Below are positions 13,301 to 23,985 of a DNA stretch of 64,000 bases, piece by piece. This DNA is from Antedon mediterranea. Its lineage: Eukaryota > Animalia > Echinodermata. Every line of letters begins with the position of its first letter. Position 1 is the first letter of the stretch. The stretch spans positions 29,943,648 to 30,007,647 of the forward strand of contig NC_092673.1 of the NCBI RefSeq assembly GCF_964355755.1. The letters are read 5' to 3'. The translations under genes were made by a program, and so were the position numbers. The notes beneath the pieces are model-generated. The model was not told the origin of the DNA and searched no databases. It saw only the letters and a list, made by a program, of their open reading frames with translations.

Positions 13301-14677
13301 ACCGTGGGTATTCCTAGCCTTGACAGATTTTTGTCCATGCCATGAGTAAATTATACCAACCTTGGTTCTACAGTACCATGAATAAAACGTAATCCATGGT
13401 TCTAATTTATTTGGCCCTAATACAGTACTACTATACAAAATCAAGTTCTACTGTTATTTTTTAATAAAGCAAAACTTCTAGCTAGTTTTTAATGTAAATA
13501 ATCAGACCCTATTAGTATTCAGATGACATTTAGACTGATGGACAGGTGCACGGCATCAATGTAATACTAGTAATACAACAAATCAATTTGGATATACAAA
13601 AAATGATGAGGTATATTCAGAGCGTCATTCTGGCATGGCGACTGGAGCATCCTCTACTGCTCTACGGAGCGCCATATAATAGAAATAGTACTACGGTAAC
13701 TGCTCAAGTGGCACCCAATCTAGCACCAAGGTGGCACAGTGATATAAAATGGAAATAAGTCACTAATTTTAATATCGTTTCGTAAGTTAATACACTGTGC
13801 TCAAGTTGACCCAATTTGGCGCCAGTGGAGCAGTGATATAAAATAGAAATAAAGTCCCTTAAGATTCAATCTTTTAGTATGTTAATACATTGTGCTCAAG
13901 TGGATCCAATTTGGCGACAGTGGAGCACTGTGATATAAATTAGAAATAAAGTCACTTAAGTTTCAATATCTTTTCGTATATTAATACACTGTGCTCAAGT
14001 GGACCTAATTTGAAGTCACTTAAGTTTAAATGTCTTTTCGTATGTTAATACACTGTGCTCAAGTGGACACGATTTGGCACCAGTGAAGCACAGTGATATA
14101 AACAACAAATAAGTTACTGAATGTTAATATCTTTTCGTATGTTAATTCAGTGGATCCAATTTGGCGCCAGTGGTAAAACACAAATAGTCACATACAAAAA
14201 CATCGAAAAAAATACTTTTGAAAATACTTCAAAAATATTTCAAACTTCCAGGTATATAGGCTATGTTAAATATCGGTTACTCAATAAAAATTAGTTTCAA
14301 GCCAAATCAGTGATTTTAATAACTTGTCTAAGATAAATACTTATTTAGTGTCACCGGAGAGTGCAGCTCATTGAAATATGAAATTAAATATTAAGTTGGG
14401 GCAGAGCTAATAATGAAAATAGAGCCCAGAATTTCACTTATACTTATTACTATACATAATCAGTCACCTATGGTAATTATGGTAAGTGTTGACCGCGAAT
14501 GACTAACAATACCATCTTTCCCACTACACCTGCACAACCATTGCATAACAACGCACGGCATACCAAACCGTTTCGTACACCTGCGATGAAAATATAAAAT
14601 TCAATTTATTTTAAATTTGAGGGCGGAAAACATAACATTTACGAGATCAAATACAGGTTGGAAAAAAAATTAAATTT

Positions 14678-14935
14678 AAAAAAAAGATGTTAAATGTGCT
14701 CTCCCTGCCTCAGCACTAAGGCCCTGCCACAGCCTTTTGGGATCGTTTCCAGCACATCACCAGATGCATTGATGTTGTCGCCTCATGATGTGTGGTGGAA
14801 AGGGGACGTATAATTCTGTGAACCCCAAACACATTGGCCGCATGCCTTTAACTCTATTCCACCGACCAGCGTGGGAATCGAACCCACGACATACGTGTTG
14901 TCAACACGACGCTCAGGCGACTGAGCTATCTGGTC
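14678..14935 (-). ncRNA. tRNA-headed Pol III unit / SINE (72-nt cloverleaf at 14935-14864, ~180-nt body, T8 terminator)
   Basis: GACCAGA-TA-GCTC-AGTCGCCT-GAGC-G-TCGTG-TTGACAA-CACGT-ATGTC-GTGGG-TTCGATT-CCCAC-GCTGGTC. All four stems form and the apparent anticodon is GAC. The D-loop GG is missing and the body resembles tRNA-Ile. Confidence 0.7.
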
Positions 14936-15032
14936 ATTTTGGTTTTAACAAGGTTAATGTGATATTTATGATGAAATGATGAATTACGTAATACGCATAT
15001 AAATAGACTATTATCAGCTGTTCAGTCATGTA

Positions 15033-15118
15033 GCAGTTTGTGGCCTAACGGGTAATGCTCAGCTTTGGGTGCTCTCAGCTCTAGTAGATTGGGTTCAAAC
15101 CCCTACGAATATTTTTTT
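15033..15118 (+). pseudogene. Degenerate tRNA-like sequence (A box, B box, T run)
   Basis: TGGCCTAACGG (A-box-like, 15041), GGGTTCAAACCC (B box, 15091), then TTTTTTT. The acceptor stem is poorly paired. Confidence 0.5.
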
Positions 15119-15959
15119 TAAAATAAAAAATAACTACAAAAATAAATAAATAAAATAATGAATATTGTTTTTCTTTTATTTTGAAAGAGAGATTTTTTGA
15201 GGGTTGTAAATGTCAGGCCTAAAACAAGTGGACCTTTTTTAAAATCAGAAACAAAGTTGCATGGCATTATTTTCCATTAAATAGACTGCCATAAAACCTC
15301 GAAAAGAAGCCCATGTGCTCCTTCATTTTAGTACTTTTGGGTGGGCTTCTTTTCCACATGAAGTTCTTTTCGAGATTACTTTTGCAAACTAAAAGATGGG
15401 AGCTGAAAGGTTCCCGGTCGGAACATTTTTTATTTACATGATTTGAACAATCTTCTAATGTAAAAATTAACAATATCAACATTTCAACTTTCAACAAAGC
15501 ATATTGATCGAAACGTCAAGAAACTCAACAGTTTTTTCAGAACTAATATACGTGGTGTACCGCAAACTTAATTATCAACAAAGGGTTTTTTTTTCTTAAG
15601 TTTATTAAAATTTAGTGACTTTATTTCTATATACCACTACTGTGCTCAATTGAACCCAATTTGCCACCAGGAGAGCACAGTGTATTAACATACAAAATAT
15701 ATTAACATTCGGTGACTGGACCAGTTACCGTAGTACTATTTCTATTTCTGAAGTAAATAAAGGCATAAATAACGCTCCGTAGAGAAGTAGAGAATGATCC
15801 ATCGTCAGAATGACGCTCTGAAGGAATAGGAGGAATATACGTACCTCAAATGATTATGTTATTTAAGAATGTCGCCCTCTGGGGGTTAAGGATACGGCTG
15901 CAAAATAGGCCTATTATTATCATCAAAGAGAAAAAACAGATACACACATACGGCGGACG

Positions 15960-16138
15960 GACGGAGAAAAACACGACGATCGATCTCATTTCTCATCATC
16001 ACTTTCCCATTCAGCAGCTAAGTAGGAAGCCTAGATTAGAGAAGTTAAAGAGAGCTGGCCCCGTGTACTCTCTCTGTTGATTTATATATTTTTAGATATT
16101 TTATACGTTACCAAATTGAATCAAGTAGCCTACGTGAG
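15960..16138 (+). promoter_or_regulatory. Probable promoter and non-coding first exon of prominin
   Basis: CpG-containing segment ending in a strong donor GAG|GTAAGA (16138/16139), followed by a CTAG/AGGCCT-rich tract like the one in PPP1R3 intron 1. The next clear exon is the ATG exon at 28608. The start coordinate is approximate. Confidence 0.5.
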
Positions 16139-16473
16139 GTAAGAACATTACTCTAGAGGCCTAGCTAGCTAGGCTAGGCTAGCCTAGGCCTAGGCCTATT
16201 TATACGTTGTCGTTGTAATTCAATTGTTCACACGATTCACACATCACAGACATTCATCATATTCATGGTCATGATGATGATATTATTGATAGGCTGGCCT
16301 AGGCCGGCTAGCTAGGCCGTGGGCCTAGACCATGACTACTAGCTAGGCCTAGCCTAGTACTACGGATTCCCACTAGCCTAGGCCTATTATTATTAATAAT
16401 AAATCAGAAAGGCCTGCCTACTATTTAGTCTCAATTAATATTATTAGGCCTAGAGGCCTACTAGTACTAGTAG

Positions 16474-16648
16474 CAGGGAAAAATTTCATTTGAAAATTTT
16501 TTTTAGCAAAATTGCTAATCAAACTGATTTTTTAGTAAAGAAACATAGTTTTGTATTGTATTTTTTGCTACACAATTGTAGAAATGTGTAGCAAAAAGGT
16601 TGTTTTGTATAGCTTTTTGCTATGCTACACTGGCGAAATTATTCCCTG
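16474..16648. mobile_element. Small hAT-like MITE
   Basis: Imperfect TIR CAGGGAAAAATTTC / GAAATTATTCCCTG with internal TGCTA/TAGCA subrepeats; no clear TSD. Confidence 0.5.
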
Positions 16649-17642
16649 AGTAGGCCTAGGCCTAGGTAGGCAATATTATATACTTTTATTTAGCATTTAT
16701 TACTAGGCCTAGAGGCTATGGAAAGTGTGTTATTTATTGTTTCGGCAATCTCAAAACCTGGGAAACATGAAATACGATCCATATTTTTCATAATATTTAA
16801 GTTGTTGTTTTATCGATAACGAAACCAACACACTGAGTGTGGAGTGCACTTACAAATGTTTTGACACGACATAACACATTAATTAATTTTAGTCATAAAT
16901 TCAACACACTCATATAATATATACGGTACTGTAGTAATGCAATTTGTATCATTGTTTTATCCTAACTTTCAAACTCTACACTATCAACGATAGGCAACAG
17001 TTATTTAATATTAAAAAGTGCGTACATAACAATTTTTCTTGTTTGTTAAAGAAAATGAAATTTGCAACCATACAAAACTGTACATGTTAATATTGTTAGT
17101 TGGTTCTATATAATAGATTATTGAAAAATCTCTACCAACTACTATTTCAGTACCGTAATTAAGCCACTCTTATGCACACTTGAAAGCCTAAGTATACCTA
17201 CTTATAATTGAAATGGTAGGGAGTAATGGTAGAAATATAGTATGGTCATTTGTTTAAAAAGTTGCTGGCTACTAAATACTTAAACCATAATTTTCAACTA
17301 ATACTATGAACTGTTTTAATTACATTTTCATCTGTACCAGTAACAGTTTTATTGTGCAAGTTAAATTCTACTGAGTATTACTAAACTGTTATAATATAAA
17401 CTGATAAGTCATTTTACCAATTATTCAGACATTTTTTATTTAAAAAAATTAGTTTCGATTTGGAAGTTGCTTTACTTTTTAAACTGCGGTATAATTTGGT
17501 TACTGTATATATTTTTTAAATGGTCAAAAATGTCATCAAATTTGCGTTTACAAAGTGTCCACTGAGCCAAGGTGTTTGATTTAAATAGTTAATACACTGA
17601 TGGTTTAGTGTGGCTTCTCACAAATAAAGATTTCAAACCTAT

Positions 17643-17823
17643 AGCTCTGTCTACACTTTCAAACTAGTTTGACAAAAAGAGCGTGATGTACCCAAATATG
17701 GTAGTGATGCCCAACTATGGTAGTGATATGCCCAACTATGGTAGTGATATGCCCCACTATGGTATGGTAGTGATATCATCATTTCCATGTATATGGGCAT
17801 ACATAGATAGTGTAGACAGAGCT
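17643..17823. mobile_element. Harbinger/Tourist-type MITE family A (TIR AGCTCTGTCTACAC)
   Basis: TIRs plus internal GTGATGTGCCCAAATATGGTAGTGAT. Other full or partial copies at about 5057-5252, 26700-26837, 31443-31690, 33619-33728, 37555-37667, 41980-42094, 42573-42716, 43826-43990, 44835-44890, 46633-46715, 48417-48559, 52634-52717, 54261-54712 and 57999-58174. Confidence 0.9.
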
Positions 17824-18262
17824 TTACGTTCATGTTTACCGTTACGGTAAACATGAAACTGAAACTTCTTTTTTTTTATTTGGCCTAATAAATAAATGTT
17901 GAGTTGTTTTCAATTACAAGAATTGAAGTAAAGACAGGAGAGAACTTGTATTAACATTTCTATGAATTCCCATAAGCACAGGCTCAGGTGTTGAGTGATA
18001 AAGATCAAAATTAGCACAAGCGCTTACTGTTCTTGTGAACACTACACTACCAGCTGGTAAACTATTTTACAGAAAGAATTCATAATGCATCATGTTTTTT
18101 TTTTACATATAAAAAAGTAACAATTTCAAATTGTAGAGTAGTGTTTCTTCTACTGTAAATAAATGAAATTCAATTATTAAATTTTTTAAATTTACTCAAT
18201 AAATCTGTCCTATATTGAGAAAATTGCCATGATCTTATGTCATTGATTACTAGCTGCAATAT

Positions 18263-19096
18263 AGCCCCTTTCTCACAGATGTGTCTGCAATATACCGGTA
18301 CAGTGCTGGTGTCGTGCCGGTATCGTTACCGGCATATACCCATTCTCATCGGACTATCGTGCCGGAAATATAACCGGTATATACCGGCTTTCTGTGAGAA
18401 AGGAATCGGGCATATTCGGCCAATAAAAAGTCTCTGACAAAATAATTATTGAGGGCGTCCTTTATTGTTATTATTTTTGTCTAGGGATCTATGGCGGCGG
18501 CGAATGTTAGGTTACAGATTATTATCTTCCTTTATAGCATATTTATGTAATACATGCTATGTACAGTATATTGTGCATATATTATACAGGTACAGCAATT
18601 AATTAGCCGTCAATCGGCAATCTGTAAAACACCTTAGAAGGCTGTACAATTTACAAGAGGCGACGAAGGGTCAGGCTAGTTAGGCACCAACAAAGAGCTA
18701 TATGGCCTAGGCTAGGCCTGCTATAGATTATGCTACAAATTTCTTCTTGTCCCCTTATTTTAAGCAGCTCTCTTATCTCATTATCCCTCCAGTTCGACAT
18801 TATTATTGTTAATTGAATTGAATCGGCGCCAAAGTGATACACTAATTGACCGCGCAAGGTGTCTGAAGCCTCGACAGGGAACCCCGGAATATAACGGCGT
18901 TACGTTCTCACAGAATGCCCGTCTGGCACTGCGGGGAATATCCCTAGAATATTACTAGGTCTAAAGCAGGTCATGTCGATGCCGGCATGGTGGCGGCATG
19001 ATGCCAAGACGACCCGTTCTCACAGAAAACCATACCGGCATGGTAATGGTATATTCTCGCAATATTCCTGGCACTCAGCTCTGTGAGAAAGGGGCT
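18263..19096. mobile_element. Internally deleted PIF/Harbinger transposon with Myb/SANT remnant
   Basis: 17-bp TIR AGCCCCTTTCTCACAGA and 3-bp TSD TAT, with internal TTCTCACAGA subrepeats. The minus strand from 18800 reads MSNWRDNEIRELLKIRGQEEI, which resembles the first helix of a trihelix Myb/SANT domain. Confidence 0.8.
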
Positions 19097-19928
19097 TATG
19101 AGTATGTTTCCATACATGTTTGATCCCAAAAAATGACTGGGGTAATAATGTTCAGCGCTTAAGAGTTTTCACAACATTAGGTGCTATATAAATCCAGGAT
19201 ATTATTATTTTACTTTTCTTGAATAAAAATTGATTGTTTCTTGATTTAATCATACATTTCTATACTAATAGTCATTCTAGCACTTTTTTGCTCTTTAGTT
19301 TCTTTTTTTTACAATCCGTTTTCTTTCTTATATTTAAATGTTTTTTTCTTCTTATTTTCTCTTTATACCTAACATAACGTATGACATGTATGTAAAAACG
19401 CACCGTCCAGAAGAACGTGTGCCGCAGTTTTAAAGGCGTATGTTCAATAAAGTTTATTTTTATTTATGTATTTTAAGGTAATAATAATCTCAGCATTTTT
19501 AAACACAAATTTGTACAACTGAGTTCAGCAGGATTGAAAACTAATGTTATTTGATTAGTTAGTACTGTAACCTTCAAAGTATGGCTTTCATGTGACATCA
19601 TTTTAACATTGTTATCAGGCCATTTGCTTTAATTCTAAATCGTATACACTATGCATGACACTAAGCACGAATCAGTGTGTACTTACTAACTTGTTTACTT
19701 TAGACAAAGTCTGCTGATTGAAAGAGAAGTGGAAAGTTTGCTTGCTGTCCTTGTTAAATGTGTCTTGTATTCAAAAAATAAAATTAATTTTATAATCGAA
19801 AAAATTCTCTGTCTTTCTAAATACCATGATTAAATTAACGTATATAATTCGGTAATAATATTAATATTATACCAAAATAATTTAAGTACAGTTTCGAGTT
19901 AGACATCATACACTCTGACAGTAGTTTA

Positions 19929-20185
19929 AGCCTGGTTTCCATTAAAATTGCTACAGCGTTTCCATTAAAATTGCTACATGCGCAGATGTCACCGACGCAA
20001 TCGGGAAGGCTCCCTGATTCATCGCAGTCAAATCAATCAGTTCAACTTTGCCGATTGTGTTGGCGATGAATCGTATACGCGTACCAAAGAATATTTAGCG
20101 CTCGCGTACTAGATCCCCGATAAATTCTAGCGTTTCCATAGAATCGCTACGCTCTGTCGTGTAGCGATTTTATGGAAACCAGGTT
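19929..20185. mobile_element. Harbinger-type MITE
   Basis: TIR AGCCTGGTTTCCAT.AAAATTGCTAC / GTAGCGATTTTATGGAAACCAGGTT. Confidence 0.7.
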
Positions 20186-23100
20186 TAGCCTTGTTTCTAT
20201 TGATTTAGATAGTACATACTTTTATCATACAGAAAGTGTAATGGTTTACAATGATTATTTCTTTCATGGGTAGTACAAGGTTAAACATATAAGACTTTTG
20301 GTATTTTTAAAGACAGTATTATTAGAGGATTCAACAATGTTACATTTAATTATTTATTTTATAAAATTCATATTAAAAAGCATTGGTTTAAAGTAATAAT
20401 TGTATAGTGTCATTAGAGTAGTGAAAGGAACAAATAAAATAAATAATAGTAAAAATAATAAAAACATCTTTTTCATGCCTAGCTTACCTGGATAAACCGA
20501 CAATGGCCCTTTCTCCTCAAATAACAATAAATGAATTCTCATTATGTATAGGAAAAATAGTAACTTAAGAATTTTTTAAGCAGGGTTTTTTCGTTTTGTT
20601 TCGTTTATTTTCCACTTATTTAAATGAATTTAAGCAAACATGTATAATATATTTCTGTTTTAAATTTTGAATAATTCTGTATGCCATTATTTTATTGCAT
20701 TTATTGTCCTTTTCTCCATAATTATTTATGTACAACTATTTAGCTTAAATTATTTTTTGAAAAAAAATATAAAAAATTATTATTAAAATTACTGTAAGTA
20801 TTAATATTTTTACAATATTCCCTTATGCCATTGCTGGATAATATTAGTACAAGGATAAAAACCATTCATTTTAATACATTAGGGATTACAATAGCCTCAT
20901 AAAATACAGATTTATTTAGCATATACTGTCTGTTGCTAAGTCTCTCTCCCATTTCTCTAGAATCGGTTTTTAAGTCACATCCTTTATATAATGACTGCTG
21001 ACTCAGCATAGAGTATTTTAATGCAACAGGATTGAAAACACATTTGTTACTGATAGCTCTGTTAATGTTACTAAATAACTGATTCTTTGCATAACTTTTT
21101 GGTAAAAACCTCTTGTGACGTTGGCTCCCAAACTCTTCCCACCATGCATCGCGCACTCTATTTGCGATAAGCCGTATACTATGTAGTACTAATGATAGTA
21201 AATTACGTAAGTAGAGGGGGGACATTTATTTTTTCCCTTGCGATGTCACTGTTTGTTTGTTGAACTGTTCATCTTATTATCTTTTATTATATTTGATAGT
21301 TCATTCATATTGTTGGTTTTCAAGACAAAATTTGATCACACCCTTGATAAGTGACCGATTTGGCCGGTAAAGGGGAATTCCATTTTCCTAGAGCAATACT
21401 ATTTATTACTATTGTATTTTCCATCCAGGGAGGATGATAAACATGATTATCTTTTTTTATTATCAATATCTATGCACATCATTGCATTGTAAAAGGGTAC
21501 AAAGTGTAGAGTTTGATAATATATGCTTATTTAAATTGTTTAAACTACTGTAGTGCTTACTCAAAGTCAAATGTGACTGTACTGTACAACAATCCAGTTG
21601 GATTTTCAGTACTGTATCTAGGCACCACATGTGATACTATACACCGTATTACAGAATTTGTCTATGATACTGAGCAAATATTGACATATGTGAAACAACT
21701 CTAAGAATTGAGTACAGTATAAATAGAAAAAAATGTACCAATTTGTTTACATATCAAAAATATAATATGTACATTTAAATAATGAATGTTGTACAATAAA
21801 TGTATTATTTGACAGTTCTATCTGTTTAAGTTATTCATGGAAGCGTGAAAAGCTCAACAAATTATAACATCTCAAGATACCATGGGAGGGTATAGTGATC
21901 TGACTGTTGAATTGGATCTGGCCCCAGTGGATTCAGTACTTGAAGTCAAGCAAACAATTTACAGCGAACTCACGTACAAACTCAAAAATAATGAATTAAA
22001 TTTCTATGACTTTATTATAACATAATATTTTGTACAGTACAGTACATTGTACAGTATATACTGTAGTTGATTGATTTATTCGATATTCATAAAAATAGTT
22101 AAAATATACAATGTATTAAAGAGAATACCAGGATAACCCATTAAGTCGACAAATAAAAAGTAAACTTATTTCCAATGGGGTCCAATCCTTATTAACTGAA
22201 AAAGTGAGTGGTCAAACCTGTAGAAAATAAACAGCAAGAGCTATTTGTTATTTTTTAACTAATGATTTAGTAGCTCTTACCAGGAAACCGTGAGATTAGT
22301 GTGACTCTTCTCTTCTTGAATACCTTAGTGGTACCAGTGGCAGACCCAGGGGTAGCAATGGGTTGTTTCTTGGTAGTTCTCTTTAAAAAAGTAGATACAA
22401 ATATTCTTCTATCGACTAAAATATTTGCTCCTCGTCAGTAGCCATGGCAACCTGGATCCACCCTTTTACTGTTTTTTAAAATATAATCATTAATAAACAA
22501 TTTAATAAATGATAAAGAAATGAGAAATAAAAACTATGAATCTTCATTGCCAGATGAATACTTGTTGGAAACAAGTCAAAACGTCATTCATGAATGGTTT
22601 AACGTACACAATTATTATACAGATAAAAACTATGAATACAACAAGATGAGAACATATTCTATTCTACTGAGTATCATGCTTGAACTACTGTATGTAGTAC
22701 ATGAACCATGACTCCTTCCTATCTTGACAATAATACATTCAGTCATCATCACTTGGTAGGCATTTTTAACTTAAAGGATGGCAGACTGATTTTCAAAATT
22801 TGTATTTATTTAATAACTGTTTAAACTCAGCCATACAGATACCCTTTTCTAATTATTGACCATTTGGTTTTAACTAGGCCTAAATTAGTGACCACTTGAT
22901 TTAAATTATTCTAATAATGACCCTTTTGTTGCAATTATTCTAATTATTGACCACATTGTAATTGTGACCACTATTTGACCTTGTAATTGTGACCACTGTT
23001 TGACCTTGTGTTTACCACTTGGTTTGGTATTCAAATTAGGAACCACTTGCATTATTCTAATTATTTAAATTAGCATCTAACTACTGTGACTATAAAACCT

Positions 23101-23764
23101 GAAGGTGGTCTTAAAATGTGATAAAACTAAGAATACTAATTATATTCTTAGTTTGCGGTTTTATTGTCAAATTATGCAGCTGCTTCTGCTGTCTCATTCC
23201 ATAGGTAAGATAATAAAACTTCTATTTCTGTTATACAGTAAATAGCAGTAAAATGTACTCATCACATTTTAGCTATCGCATTAAACTTTTAAATATAAAT
23301 TGTAGAAAATTATTTTTCAAAATTATTTTTCTCTGTGAATTGATGTGTCCCACAATTGTTCGTAATAAGTTTGTTTTGTTCATTTTCCTTGGACGCACCG
23401 TTTGACATAAGTACCACAGATATAAAAATGAGGGTTATTTTTTTATGTTTTTTACCCAGTAGGACAGTGCTACGTAGGGCTAGTGTTTAATTTACTTTTA
23501 GTAAATTTTTATTATTTTTGCTATTTACTTCGTGTAGAACATTTCCTTTAGGGTGGATTCAGGATTTTGTGATATGGGGTGCGAGAGAGACTCTACTACA
23601 GTACATACAGTAGGTTGGAACTGAACTACAGTACTGTTTGAACATTTTTAAAATGAACCTCTAGTTGCCCACACTGTTATATTAAAACACTCAAAAGCTA
23701 ATTTCTGGATATTGTGTGTTTATTTTGTAAAATGTTAATACATTTTTTATCAGTATTTGCATTC

Positions 23765-23985
23765 TTTATTGATTGAATTGATTGAAATATATATTTATAC
23801 TTGGTAACCTCTTTAGTCAAAGACTGGTCTCCCAGAGGGCCCAGTTGGTGATCAGTGGCTGCGATTTCCTAATACACTGGGGTAACCCACTACTCGTCTC
23901 GAAAGATGTACTAGGTTCTTTAAAGTGCACACGAGCTATGTGTGCACTGGACCTACAATTTATAGTCCTTACCCGAGAAGACTGT
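23765..23985 (-). mobile_element. Deu/Nin-domain SINE fragment
   Basis: The minus strand reads GGTCCAGTGCACACATAGCTCGTGTGCACTTTAAAGAACCTAGTACATCTTTCGAGACGAGTAGTGGGTTACCCCAGTGT, resembling the recalled Deu domain, and has a (TCAA)n-like tail. A related fragment lies at ~60195-60263 (+). Confidence 0.6.

Larger units (their letters stand above)
13608..15847. mobile_element. Foldback/Mutator-like non-autonomous element with long modular TIRs
   Basis: The left arm GAGGTATATT-CAGAGCGTCATTCTG...CTCTACGGAGCG...ATAGAAATAGTACTACGGTAACTG mirrors the right arm at 15613-15847. Direct repeat AAATGAT at 13601-13607 and 15848-15854. ~80-bp tandem subrepeats at 13700-14175. Confidence 0.75.

Noticed and set aside
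13700-14175. CRISPR-like array of palindromic repeats (CACTGTGCTC...GAGCACAGTG)
   Set aside because: The apparent spacers are themselves repeated, the units are degenerate, the context is eukaryotic with no cas genes, and the repeats are subrepeats of a TIR arm mirrored at 15613-15700.
14864-14935. Functional tRNA-Val(GAC) gene
   Set aside because: The D-loop GG is missing, positions 7:66 and 27:43 are mismatched, the anticodon loop self-pairs, the body is Ile-like, and there is a long 3' extension.
20866-21225. 119-aa antisense ORF in prominin intron 1
   Set aside because: No recognisable domain or splice context; the length is compatible with chance.
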